A stretch of 36,759 nt of DNA from Bacillota bacterium (GCA_012516165.1 JAAYWY010000009.1:1-36759); one strand, 5' to 3'. Shown: positions 27,464-36,412, counted from the stretch's first letter. Translations and numbers: made by a program. The notes: a model not told the origin generated them from the sequence alone.

Positions 27464-28174
27464 TTATGGAGTAATAAATAATATTTTTTCTTGAGTAGTT
27501 TCTTTAGGTGCCGCTATATTAAAAAATTTATTATAATCTGATAATAAAAGTTCGATCGACAATGAGTCTTGTTGGTTGTTAGTGCCATATAGTTGTAATC
27601 GTTGAACCAGATAATTAGGATAATTTATATAGCTGTCCAGCTGGAAATCGGAAAAGAAAATTTCCCAGTAGGGATTAGTAACTTTATTTAATTTAGTATT
27701 AAGATGGTAGATTATTTGGCTTTCGCTACGTTTACTAGCTACCAGGTCAAAGTTTTGTGCATTGGCAGTCAAGAAATCGGCTATGGGACTAGTGGTAAAC
27801 AAAATAGCTTCTGTAACTAAACTGGGTGCAGTCGACGATTTCTTCCAACAGTTGTCTACAGGGTCGAGAAATACTAGTTCACCATTTATATAGTAGAGGT
27901 TCAGCTTATAATCGTAGCTAGTACCTTGTAGATGGTAAGTATTAGGGTGGACAAATTCGCCTGTAATTATACTTACTACCCGATCTTGTTGGTCAATAAC
28001 GGTTCGTACTGACAGTTGGAAGCGATAGCTAGAAGCCTGGGCTAGTTGTTCTTGAGCTTGGTTGGCTACAAAACTAGGGTCAAGAGTCGATGGTTTGTAA
28101 TAAAGAATAATGAAAAGAAGGATAGCAGTAATTACTAGAATAAATATTACTGATCGTTGCTTAAAAGTGACCAA
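27464..28174 (-). CDS. Hypothetical membrane-anchored (signal-anchor) protein, AT-rich gene
   Basis: ORF track gives 27464..28243, a GTG with no SD. The in-frame TTG at 28174 follows GGAGGGAGG by about 11 nt and gives the N-terminus (M)VTFKQRSVIFILVITAILLFIILYY, followed by a roughly 200-aa beta-rich-looking domain. No family recognised. Confidence 0.55.
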   Translation of the reverse strand: MVTFKQRSVIFILVITAILLFIILYYKPSTLDPSFVANQAQEQLAQASSYRFQLSVRTVIDQQDRVVSIITGEFVHPNTYHLQGTSYDYKLNLYYINGELVFLDPVDNCWKKSSTAPSLVTEAILFTTSPIADFLTANAQNFDLVASKRSESQIIYHLNTKLNKVTNPYWEIFFSDFQLDSYINYPNYLVQRLQLYGTNNQQDSLSIELLLSDYNKFFNIAAPKETTQEKILFITP

Positions 28175-28230
28175 GGGCGTATGTTCCTCCCTCCCCCTTT
28201 TGAAACAGTTTATTGCTACAACCAGGAGGT

Positions 28231-29052
28231 TTAGAACTGGCACCGCATCTTTAATGTCTCAACAACGTCTTTACTTACCTTGTACGCTCCCAAGTTGTGA
28301 TATTTACGGCCGCTACCATGGTAATCGCTACCACCTGTGGCAACAAGGTTATGTTTTTTAGCTATCTGTTGTAAATTCAAGATTGTTTCATGGTTATGGT
28401 CAGGGTGAAATACTTCTATCCCTTGCCAGTCTAACTGTAGTAGTTCGTCTAAATACGAAAGATCGGGAAGCTGTCCCGGATGAGCCATTACGGCTGCTCC
28501 TTTGCTGTGATGAATCATGGCAATTGCTTCTTGAGGTGACAATTTGTAGCGAGGAACATAGGCTGGTCTTCCTTTTTTCAAATACAGTTCGAATGCTTCT
28601 TGGACTGAACGGACAGACCCGATATCCACTAAAGCTCGTGCTATATGAGGTCGGCCTACCACGCTTCCTTGCAGATATTTTTTCACTTGGTTCCAATTAA
28701 GATTAATCCCCAAGGATTGTAATTTTTGTACCATTTCCAGTGCCCGTTTATGTCGGCTTTGCTGTAGTTGTTCCAATTTTGATTTTAACGATCCTTGGTT
28801 TGGCTGGATGAAATAGCCTAATACATGTACTTCGTTTTGTTTATATTCCGCGCTAAGCTCGATACCAGCAATAACTTGAACACCGTACTGTATCCCAGCT
28901 AACTGGGCTTCTTGTTGTCCGTCTACAGTGTCGTGATCGGTTAAAGCAATGGCCGCTATGCCTAAAGACGCTGCTTTGGCTACAACTTCACTTGGTGAAA
29001 GCTCACCATCAGATGCGGTACTATGCACATGTAAATCGGCGGTAAAAGTCAT
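28231..29052 (-). CDS. PHP-domain phosphoesterase (TrpH/YciV, RNase AM-like family)
   Basis: PHP motifs DLHVHSTASDG, ALTDHDTVDG, HVLGY, AHPG and GGSDYHG. I place the start at ATG 29052, with GGAGG 8 nt upstream. ORF track gives 29079. Confidence 0.85.
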   Translation of the reverse strand: MTFTADLHVHSTASDGELSPSEVVAKAASLGIAAIALTDHDTVDGQQEAQLAGIQYGVQVIAGIELSAEYKQNEVHVLGYFIQPNQGSLKSKLEQLQQSRHKRALEMVQKLQSLGINLNWNQVKKYLQGSVVGRPHIARALVDIGSVRSVQEAFELYLKKGRPAYVPRYKLSPQEAIAMIHHSKGAAVMAHPGQLPDLSYLDELLQLDWQGIEVFHPDHNHETILNLQQIAKKHNLVATGGSDYHGSGRKYHNLGAYKVSKDVVETLKMRCQF

Positions 29053-29112
29053 GGCTAACCCCTCCAGTATTGCATTCAATTATGTGTAATATACGATATA
29101 ATTGCTGCAATA

Positions 29113-29895
29113 TCAGGTTAAAGTACGATAAAGGCGCTCAATGTGAAAGGTGCGTCCGGTTAAGGGATCGATATCAGCCCAGACCCCCATAATATCCACA
29201 TCGCCGGTAGCTAGGGTGAAACGGTTTGGAAGTTGGCTAATAAATCGTTGAATAATAATATCGCGATCTACCCCCAGTACTCCGTCCCGTGGTCCAGTCA
29301 TGCCGACATCCGTTATATAGCCTGTCCCTTGAGGAAGAATTCGCTCGTCTGCTGTTTGGACGTGTGTATGAGTGCCAAACACTAAGCTGGCTCGCCCGTC
29401 CATATACCAACCAAAAGCGATTTTTTCCGAGGTAGCCTCGGCATGAAAGTCAATGATGATTATATCCGATTGTTGTCTGAGTTCTGACAGTAACGTGTCG
29501 ATGAGCCTAAAGGGGCAGTCTAAGGTTTCAAGAAAGGTACGACCAGCTAGGTTAACCACAGCCACCCGAATATTATCATTACTTTGCCAGATAGTCCAAC
29601 CACGCCCTGGGGCACCAGGGGGATAATTGGCCGGACGAATCAAGTGTTTCTCGCCATCTAGTAGTGGATATATTTCCCGTTTTTTCCAAATATGGTTGCC
29701 ACTAGTAATGATATCTACACCTGACGTCCATATTTCTTGCGCTACGGGAATGGTTAAACCAAATCCACCAGCGGCATTTTCTCCATTAGCAACAACTAAA
29801 TCCACCATTAATTCCTTTTTTAATTCAGGTAGCACCTTACTTAAGGCCTGTCGGCCTGGTTTTCCCACAATATCTCCTATAGCTAAGACTCGCAA
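29113..29895 (-). CDS. ymdB: YmdB-family metallophosphoesterase (2',3'-cyclic-nucleotide phosphodiesterase family)
   Basis: RVLAIGDIVGKPGR, VANGENAAGGFG, GNHIW, DFHAEATSEK and GTHTHVQTAD. It lies immediately downstream of rny, as in Bacillus. I place the start at TTG 29895, with AGGAGG 7 nt upstream. ORF track gives GTG 29913. Confidence 0.88.
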   Translation of the reverse strand: MRVLAIGDIVGKPGRQALSKVLPELKKELMVDLVVANGENAAGGFGLTIPVAQEIWTSGVDIITSGNHIWKKREIYPLLDGEKHLIRPANYPPGAPGRGWTIWQSNDNIRVAVVNLAGRTFLETLDCPFRLIDTLLSELRQQSDIIIIDFHAEATSEKIAFGWYMDGRASLVFGTHTHVQTADERILPQGTGYITDVGMTGPRDGVLGVDRDIIIQRFISQLPNRFTLATGDVDIMGVWADIDPLTGRTFHIERLYRTLT

Positions 29896-29962
29896 TTCTT
29901 GTCCTCCTAACACTATTTATCTTATTGTAACCAAGTTTACAGCATTAAAGAAAGCAATATGT

Positions 29963-29987
29963 AAAAAGTAGGCTGATATCAGCCTAC
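29963..29987 (-). terminator. Hairpin plus T-run overlapping the rny stop codon (partial terminator between rny and ymdB)
   Basis: The palindrome GTAGGCTGATATCAGCCTAC (29968-29987) contains the rny TAG. On the minus strand TTTTT (29967-29963) follows. ymdB starts 68 nt further on. Confidence 0.65.
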
Positions 29988-31537
29988 TTAGCATAATCTA
30001 CTGCCCGTGTTTCACGAATAACATTAACCTTTATCTGGCCCGGATAATCTAGTTCGCTTTCAATTCGACGGACGATATCTCTAGCCAAACGCACAGCACC
30101 CAAATCGTCGATTTTATCTGGCTTAACCATGATACGTACTTCTCGGCCAGCTTGGATAGCATAAGATTTATCCACACCATCAAAGGAATCTGCTATTTCT
30201 TCCAGCTTTTCCAGCCGCTTGATGTAGGCTTCTAAGGTTTCCCGCCTGGCTCCTGGCCGCGCTGCTGACAATGCATCGGCTGCTTGAACAAGAACGGCTT
30301 CTACTGTTTGGGGTTCTATGTCTCCATGGTGAGCAGCGATAGCGTGTACTACTTCTGGTGATTCACCATATTTCTTAGCTAGATCCGCACCTATTTCTAC
30401 ATGCGGTCCTTCTATCTGATGATCGACTGCTTTTCCAATATCGTGCAGGAGGCCGGCTCTTTTTGCCAAACCAACATCTGCTCCCAGTTCAGAGGCCATT
30501 ATACTAGCTAAGTGACTAACCTCAATAGAATGTTTGAGAACGTTCTGCCCATAACTGGTGCGAAACTTTAGTCGTCCTAATAGTCGAACAAGCTCAGGGT
30601 TAACATTATTAACATTAGTTTCAAAGGTTGCCTGTTCACCTTCTTCGCGGATCTTGTTCTCAACTTCTTTCTTGGTTTTTTCCACCATTTCTTCGATCCG
30701 AGCAGGATGAATTCTTCCGTCAGCAATTAGTTTCTCTAGAGCTATCCGAGCAATCTCTCGGCGTACGGGATCAAATCCAGATATAATGACTGCTTCTGGC
30801 GTATCATCGATTATAAGATCTACACCCGTCAAGGTTTCCAAAGCTCGAATGTTTCTGCCTTCCCGTCCGATAATACGGCCTTTCATCTCATCGTTAGGTA
30901 AAGCTACTACTGACACAGTGGCTTCAGCTACATGGTCGGCCGCGCAACGCTGAATCGCTTGAGTAATAATATCACGAGCACGTTTATCTGCCTCTTCTTT
31001 AGCTTCGGTTTCAATATTCTTAATGAGTATTGCTGTTTCGTGACGAATTTCGCTTTCTACGTTAGCTAAAAGAAGGTCCCGTGCTTCTTCAGAGGTTAGA
31101 CCCGAGATTCGTTCCAGCTCCTTCAATTGAGCTTGATAGGTTTCTTCCAGTTTGTCCTGCATAGCTTGCATGGACTTTTCTTTTTTATCCAGGAGTTCTT
31201 CTTTCTTTTCTATGCTTTCTAGTTTACGATCCAGTGTCTCCTCACGTTGGACCAACCGACGTTCTAACCGTTGTAATTCTGTACGGCGTTCCCTGTTTTC
31301 CCGTTCTACTTCTTGACGTACACGGTGGGCTTCTTCCTTGGCTTCTAGTAAAGCTTCACGTTTCTTAGCTTCAGCGTCTTTCTTAGCTTCTTCCAAGATG
31401 CGATGGGCAGCTTCTTCAGCTGAAGCAATCTTGGCTTCAGCAATATACTTACGCGCTGCATAACCTATAAAAAAAGCTAGCAATGCAATACCAATCGAAA
31501 AGAATAGTATTTGGTTAAAATTAATAATGCTTTTCAC
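29984..31537 (-). CDS. rny: Ribonuclease Y
   Basis: An N-terminal TM helix, a long charged coiled-coil ([21 protein letters not shown]...), a KH domain ([15 protein letters not shown]) and an HD domain (LLHDIGKA). The start is uncertain because the GTG at 31537 directly abuts AAAAGGAG (see findings). Confidence 0.93.
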   Translation of the reverse strand: MKSIINFNQILFFSIGIALLAFFIGYAARKYIAEAKIASAEEAAHRILEEAKKDAEAKKREALLEAKEEAHRVRQEVERENRERRTELQRLERRLVQREETLDRKLESIEKKEELLDKKEKSMQAMQDKLEETYQAQLKELERISGLTSEEARDLLLANVESEIRHETAILIKNIETEAKEEADKRARDIITQAIQRCAADHVAEATVSVVALPNDEMKGRIIGREGRNIRALETLTGVDLIIDDTPEAVIISGFDPVRREIARIALEKLIADGRIHPARIEEMVEKTKKEVENKIREEGEQATFETNVNNVNPELVRLLGRLKFRTSYGQNVLKHSIEVSHLASIMASELGADVGLAKRAGLLHDIGKAVDHQIEGPHVEIGADLAKKYGESPEVVHAIAAHHGDIEPQTVEAVLVQAADALSAARPGARRETLEAYIKRLEKLEEIADSFDGVDKSYAIQAGREVRIMVKPDKIDDLGAVRLARDIVRRIESELDYPGQIKVNVIRETRAVDYAK

Positions 31538-31548
31538 CTCCTTTTATA

Positions 31549-31574
31549 CAAAAGAAGCCGAGTACAAACTCGGC
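31549..31574 (-). terminator. Terminator-like hairpin between recX and rny, inside the rny leader
   Basis: Minus strand reads GCCGAGT-TTGT-ACTCGGC (31574-31557; 7-bp stem, 4-nt loop) followed by TTCTTTTGT. It ends about 10 nt before the rny SD. Confidence 0.6.
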
Positions 31575-31644
31575 TGCAGGCATGCTGTACTATGGGATCA
31601 AAGCCCCGTAGGTTGTAGTCAAGCATACTTAAGCCCACGAGTTT

Positions 31645-31673
31645 ATTGTAAGTTAACCTATTATCATTGTCAA
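31645..31673 (-). promoter_or_regulatory. Near-consensus sigma-A promoter for rny
   Basis: Minus strand reads TTGACA (31673-31668), a 17-nt spacer, then TACAAT (31650-31645). It begins 19 nt after the recX stop. The predicted transcription start is near 31638, giving a leader of about 100 nt. Confidence 0.6.
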
Positions 31674-31691
31674 GAAGCACCAAATTCGAAC

Positions 31692-32174
31692 TCATAATAT
31701 CTTTCGCAGACAACGATTTACGCATTCTAAGTCAAAGCCGCGGCGCAGGAGAAAGCTTCCCAAGCGGGCCTGCTTTTTTTCAGGACTGATATCGGATAAT
31801 GTGGCTAGCTTTTTTCGCGCTTCTTGCATGCACGAACTATAAACTGTTTCTTGATCAACAGAGCTCATAACTTGATTTATTATTTCTGGAGCTATGCCTC
31901 GCTGGCGTAACCGCAGTTGCAACCGTCTGGGACCAAGTTTTTGTTCTTTTAAGCACCGTTCGATCTCCCTCATGGCTAATTGCCAATCGTTAACATAGCC
32001 ATATTCTTCTAGTAGTTTTATGGTGTTTTGACAAATATCAGGATTAAACCCTTTGTCGTGTAGACGTTGCATGAGCTCGTTTTTGCTGTATGCTCGTCGA
32101 CCTAGCAGCTTAAAAGCGTAACTCTTAGCACTAGTTAAAGAATCCGGTTCTGTGGTTGGCGTTATCCTTAGCAC
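31692..32174 (-). CDS. recX: Recombination regulator RecX
   Basis: A 160-aa helical-repeat protein (AKSYAFKLLGRRAYSKNELMQRLHDKGF...). It lies directly after recA with a 3-nt gap. GTG start has GGAGG 8 nt upstream. Confidence 0.88.
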   Translation of the reverse strand: MLRITPTTEPDSLTSAKSYAFKLLGRRAYSKNELMQRLHDKGFNPDICQNTIKLLEEYGYVNDWQLAMREIERCLKEQKLGPRRLQLRLRQRGIAPEIINQVMSSVDQETVYSSCMQEARKKLATLSDISPEKKQARLGSFLLRRGFDLECVNRCLRKIL

Positions 32175-32177
32175 CGT

Positions 32178-33215
32178 TTATTCCTCCGGAAGCTCTTCGC
32201 TGTCAGTTGAAGGTTCTGCTTTTACTAAGCCCAGGTTAAATGCTTCCCGCACCCTGGCTTCGATGGCCTGACATATATCTGGATTATTACGCAAAAATTC
32301 CCGAGCGTTATCCTTCCCTTGACCTAGACGTTCACCTTGGTAAGAAAACCAAGCGCCGCTTTTGTCCACTATTTCTTGTTGGACTGCCAGTTCAAGAATG
32401 CTGCTCTCTCGGGAAATGCCTTCACCATAAATTATGTCAAACTCAGCTTGTTTAAATGGGGGTGCTACTTTATTCTTTACTACTTTTACTCGGGTTCTTG
32501 TCCCATAGACATCATTGCCACGCTTCAACGACTCTAGTTTTCGAACCTCCAGGCGCACGGAAGAATAGAACTTAAGGGCTCGTCCACCAGGAGTTGTTTC
32601 TGGATTACCAAATATGACTCCCACTTTTTCTCTTAATTGATTAATGAAAACAGTAATAGTGCGAGACTTGCTTATTACCCCAGCTAATTTTCGCAGAGCT
32701 TGAGACATTAATCGGGCCTGCAACCCCACATGGGCATCGCCCATATCACCTTCTATTTCAGCCTTAGGAACTAATGCTGCCACCGAATCCACCACTATAA
32801 TGTCAACGGCACCACTTCTTACCAATGCTTCAGCAATATCTAAAGCTTGTTCCCCTGTATCGGGCTGGGAAATTAAAAGATCATCGGTATTAACCCCTAA
32901 ATTATGGGCGTATATAGGATCAAGAGCATGTTCAGCGTCAATAAAGGCAGCTGTACCACCTGTTTTCTGAGCTTCAGCTATCATATGAAGGGCAACGGTA
33001 GTTTTTCCCGAAGATTCAGGACCGAATATCTCGATAATACGTCCTCGCGGAATTCCACCTATACCTAAGGCAATATCAAGGCTTAAGCAACCTGTAGAAA
33101 TGACGTCAATGTTCATTCGTTCAGCCGCTTCACCTAATCTCATTACTGCTCCTTTGCCAAATTGCTTTTCAATTTGATGAAGTGCCATCTCTAAGGCTTT
33201 TTCTTTTTCTAACAA
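32178..33215 (-). CDS. recA: Recombinase RecA
   Basis: [23 protein letters not shown], Walker [19 protein letters not shown] and the L2 loop [27 protein letters not shown] place the start at TTG 33215, with AAGGGGGA 6 nt upstream, giving 345 aa. ORF track gives 33272, which would overlap thpR. Confidence 0.95.
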   Translation of the reverse strand: MLEKEKALEMALHQIEKQFGKGAVMRLGEAAERMNIDVISTGCLSLDIALGIGGIPRGRIIEIFGPESSGKTTVALHMIAEAQKTGGTAAFIDAEHALDPIYAHNLGVNTDDLLISQPDTGEQALDIAEALVRSGAVDIIVVDSVAALVPKAEIEGDMGDAHVGLQARLMSQALRKLAGVISKSRTITVFINQLREKVGVIFGNPETTPGGRALKFYSSVRLEVRKLESLKRGNDVYGTRTRVKVVKNKVAPPFKQAEFDIIYGEGISRESSILELAVQQEIVDKSGAWFSYQGERLGQGKDNAREFLRNNPDICQAIEARVREAFNLGLVKAEPSTDSEELPEE

Positions 33216-33228
33216 TTTTGGTCCCCCT

Positions 33229-33768
33229 TTACAATAAATCGAATATAGCTTGTGTCCGATATAAAGGTCCACCTGGGGTTAAAATACTTTCGTATAAGAT
33301 TACGTTGTTTATTGGTACTGCCTCATTTATTACGGGAAAAACAGGTGGAATTACCGCTGTTGGCTGACGTAGTCGACCGAGGGTTAAGTGAGGTATAAAA
33401 GGCTTAGAGTCTAAGGGGAAGCCTACGCTGGCCAAACATTTTTCCAAATCTTGTTGTAGCCGAGCAAGGCACCCATTACAGTCTTTGAGTCCTACCCATA
33501 ATACGCGTGCCCGCTGTGAATGAGGAAATACCCCGGTCTTATCAACATAAATGGTAAAACGTGAGTGCTTACTTAAAGCCTCATGAGCAGTCTCGGTCAC
33601 TACTGACAATTGCGAAGGTGAAACTGCACCTAAGAACTTCAACGTTAGATGTAGATTATCTTTTTTAACCCATTTAACGTTATTTACCGTTTGTGACCAT
33701 AATCTTTGCCATGCCACTAGTTGCATCTGCACTTCCAGTGGCAAAGGCAAGGCAAAAAACAAACGCAT
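33229..33768 (-). CDS. thpR: RNA 2',3'-cyclic phosphodiesterase / 2'-5' RNA ligase family protein (ThpR/LigT, 2H phosphoesterase)
   Basis: Two HxTx motifs (HLTLKFLG and HLTLGR) at the expected spacing in 179 aa. N-terminus RLFFALPLP. Confidence 0.85.
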   Translation of the reverse strand: MRLFFALPLPLEVQMQLVAWQRLWSQTVNNVKWVKKDNLHLTLKFLGAVSPSQLSVVTETAHEALSKHSRFTIYVDKTGVFPHSQRARVLWVGLKDCNGCLARLQQDLEKCLASVGFPLDSKPFIPHLTLGRLRQPTAVIPPVFPVINEAVPINNVILYESILTPGGPLYRTQAIFDLL

Positions 33769-33782
33769 AATGCATCACCTGA

Positions 33783-35150
33783 TCATAAATTTGCTGTACG
33801 CGTAAGTTCAAATCGGTTTTCTCGTGGATAAAGACGGATATTATCCACAGCATCTAGTACGGGGGTTGATCCAGTGGTATCGATATAAAGAAGGACTGCG
33901 GTGAGAGCAACTTCTTTCTCGCCTAATAAACCGCGTAAGCCAGCTCCTCCGGTTGTACCAGCATTAATAAAAATTGTTTGGTCTTTAACCTCAATGCAAC
34001 TAGTATGGGTATGGCCGGTAAGTATTATTGGTATCTTGCCAATAAAAGGTTGAGCGATACGAGGATCATGAACGGCCAAGATAAATGGCAGCTCTTCGGC
34101 TGATAGAAGCCAGCTTTGGATAACATTCACCTGGGTTGATATTTGTTCAGAGGAAGCAGGAGCGATATTGTTTGTCGAAGAGGCTGGATCAGGAGCCCCC
34201 ATCAACCATAGGTCACCAATTTGTTCAAGCCCGTTTAGCAGTGTTACACTCGCTATATTTTTTATTTTGTCGGCAACAATAGGAGAATCATGGTTACCTA
34301 AAACCAAGTAATACGGGGTCTTGAGGGTTGAAAGACGATTAACAATATCTTCTTCCACGGTAGTACCAAAGTCAGTAAGATCTCCGGTATCTATAATAAT
34401 ATTTGGTTGAAAATTATTACTGACTTCAGAAATAAAATCGATAGCTAGCGGATTGTTGTGTAGATCAGAAACATGTAAAATCTTGAAATCATGTTCTAGT
34501 TTCTCCGGCGGTGGCTGGGAAGTAGCTTTTGCCATGACTTGGCGCAGGTTCTGAACAAACAAGCTGACGTTATTACCAAGACCGTTCCAGTTGTCCCAGG
34601 CGTTTTGGGCTAATCCCAGTGCCCATGGAGCACCTTTTAAAGCTCCACTGTAGACAGGGTTAGCAAAACCTTGAGGATCATAAGTAAAGCTGGTAATAAG
34701 GGCTATGCCTAACACGACAACAATCCCAACGACACTGCCACGAAGAAAATCGCGCTTACCATGCTGTACCCATGAACATCCCCATGCTCCCCCTAAAGCG
34801 GCGATAGCCGCTGCTTTAAGCAGGAACTGACATAAGAGGCGTGGCTTTAGGGCGAATAAAGTTGTAAGCAAGATATCTTTAGAGCCTGGTGTAGCTAAGA
34901 GTTGTTGTAATCCATCGAGATCTATGCTTTGCAAAGTTAAAACTAAGTCCCAAGGAGCCCAGTGCGTTTTAGCTCCTATTGATCCTACTGGTGGCAGTTC
35001 CATTTTAGTGAATCCTGAACCAGGGAGCAAACGCAAAGAAAAGCGGAAGGCTGTTAATTGATGATTGGTAGTTGGAGCAGCTATGAAAAGAAATACTAAT
35101 GCTCCTATTACAGAGCAGATAATTAAAAACAGTTCCTTCCGCTTCATCAT
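33783..35150 (-). CDS. Membrane-bound calcineurin-like metallophosphoesterase
   Basis: An N-terminal ~215 aa with at least three hydrophobic helices. A C-terminal MPE domain follows, with ILHVSDLHNN, DTGDLTDFG, LGNHD and GHTH. Confidence 0.75.
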   Translation of the reverse strand: MMKRKELFLIICSVIGALVFLFIAAPTTNHQLTAFRFSLRLLPGSGFTKMELPPVGSIGAKTHWAPWDLVLTLQSIDLDGLQQLLATPGSKDILLTTLFALKPRLLCQFLLKAAAIAALGGAWGCSWVQHGKRDFLRGSVVGIVVVLGIALITSFTYDPQGFANPVYSGALKGAPWALGLAQNAWDNWNGLGNNVSLFVQNLRQVMAKATSQPPPEKLEHDFKILHVSDLHNNPLAIDFISEVSNNFQPNIIIDTGDLTDFGTTVEEDIVNRLSTLKTPYYLVLGNHDSPIVADKIKNIASVTLLNGLEQIGDLWLMGAPDPASSTNNIAPASSEQISTQVNVIQSWLLSAEELPFILAVHDPRIAQPFIGKIPIILTGHTHTSCIEVKDQTIFINAGTTGGAGLRGLLGEKEVALTAVLLYIDTTGSTPVLDAVDNIRLYPRENRFELTRTANL

Positions 35151-35164
35151 TGTCGCTCCTTAGC

Positions 35165-36412
35165 CTAAATATCGATCTGTAAAATCCGTTGCCGTATTAA
35201 ATTCAGCAAAGCTTGAGCAGCTCGTTGCTTAATAATTTCCCTGATACCATGCCATTCGTAGCGGCGAGAATATACACCTGTCTGGTCAGCTACAGCAATA
35301 TATACAAGTCCCACGGGCTTTTCTGGTGTGCCTCCACTCGGGCCAGCTATGCCGGTGACAGCAGCACCCAAATCCACCTGGGCCAGGCGCTTAATTCCGG
35401 TAGCCATGGCCTCGGCTACTTCTTGGCTTACAGCACCATGTTCGCGCAACATCTCAATTGGTACTTGTAACAACTGTTCTTTTAGTTGGTTGCTATAGGA
35501 AACTACTCCACCTTGAAAATAAGTCGAACTACCAGGAATGTTTGTTAACCAATGGGATACCAAGCCGCCTGTACATGATTCTGCCACTGCTAGGGTTAAG
35601 TTGTGTTTAGTCAAAAGCTGGCCTACTATTTCTTGCATGGTTTCTTCATCGTAAGCAAAAATATATTCTCCTAAGCGGGCATGAAGTTTTTCTTCCAAAG
35701 AACATAAGAGTTTATCTGCTTCTTCCTCTGTTTCTGCTTTAGCTGTCAAACGGAATTGGATTTCTGTAGCTTTGGCATACGAAGCTAAAGTTGGGTTGGA
35801 ACTCGTCACTAGGTCTTTTACTCGTTCTTCGGCTGCCGATTCACCAATGCCATATATCTTAACAATACGTGATCTTATGACAGTATGTTTTCCTCCTAAG
35901 ATTTTAGCTAAGCGTGGCATGACATGGTGTTCCCACATGGGTTGAAGCTCAAAGGGAGGACCGGGAAGAATTATTATTATTTTACCATCATATTCCAGCC
36001 ATACGCCAGGTGCTGTACCATTGGGGTTGGGTAAGGCCACACTGCCTTTAGGCAGTAAGGCCTGTTTAACATTATTAGCAGTCATATGGTGACCACGTTT
36101 AGCAAAAAAGCAACGGATTGTCTCCAAGGAAGATTGATCCAGAATCAAATCCAGGTGCAAAAAGTCAGCGACGGTTTCTTTTGTAATATCATCCTGAGTG
36201 GGACCTAGTCCTCCAGTCAAGATAATAATATCGGCCCGTTGCCAAGCTGCCTCTAGAGCTAACTTTAGCCGGCCAGCGTTATCGCCTACAGTGATAATGT
36301 GATGAAGTCCAATTCCCAGTGTGGCTAGTTTTTCACCTAAGTACTGGGCGTTGGTGTTAGGTATCTGACCAAGCAAAAGCTCGGTACCTACCGATATAAT
36401 TTCCGCTTCCAT
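35165..36412 (-). CDS. cinA: Competence/damage-inducible protein CinA (MoCF-like N-domain plus PncC-type NMN deamidase C-domain)
   Basis: MEAEIISVGTELLLGQIPNTNAQYL, IILTGGLGPTQDDITKE, and C-terminal LAVAESCTGGL and GIAGPSGG. Confidence 0.92.
   Translation of the reverse strand: MEAEIISVGTELLLGQIPNTNAQYLGEKLATLGIGLHHIITVGDNAGRLKLALEAAWQRADIIILTGGLGPTQDDITKETVADFLHLDLILDQSSLETIRCFFAKRGHHMTANNVKQALLPKGSVALPNPNGTAPGVWLEYDGKIIIILPGPPFELQPMWEHHVMPRLAKILGGKHTVIRSRIVKIYGIGESAAEERVKDLVTSSNPTLASYAKATEIQFRLTAKAETEEEADKLLCSLEEKLHARLGEYIFAYDEETMQEIVGQLLTKHNLTLAVAESCTGGLVSHWLTNIPGSSTYFQGGVVSYSNQLKEQLLQVPIEMLREHGAVSQEVAEAMATGIKRLAQVDLGAAVTGIAGPSGGTPEKPVGLVYIAVADQTGVYSRRYEWHGIREIIKQRAAQALLNLIRQRILQIDI

Noticed and set aside
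27464-28243. The AT-rich gene as a horizontally acquired island or mobile element.
   Set aside because: It is a single gene with no flanking direct or inverted repeats, no integrase or transposase, and no tRNA target. It sits inside an apparently continuous transcription unit. Low GC alone is insufficient.
4334-28696. Nested minus-strand alternative-frame ORFs (4334..4516, 18665..18862, 19037..19219, 21767..22045 and 28400..28696).
   Set aside because: They lie inside ynbB, mmdA, the mutase large subunit and the PHP gene in other frames. They have no independent SD, and their sequences look random or low-complexity.
31534-31725. The 63-aa ORF as a conventional protein-coding gene.
   Set aside because: Its first 10 codons lie inside recX. 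It has no SD and no recognisable fold, and it covers a promoter and a terminator. I do not call it a gene. I keep the 53-codon portion as a possible regulatory bridging ORF (see findings).
1404-35470. All remaining 60-114-aa plus-strand ORFs in the track (for example 1404..1586, 3835..4035, 6725..6913, 7507..7758, 10739..11038, 18131..18391, 24008..24265, 28383..28700, 29627..29971 and 35213..35470).
   Set aside because: Each is fully embedded antisense in a well-supported minus-strand gene. None has an SD or a domain signature. I see no supportable plus-strand gene in the window.
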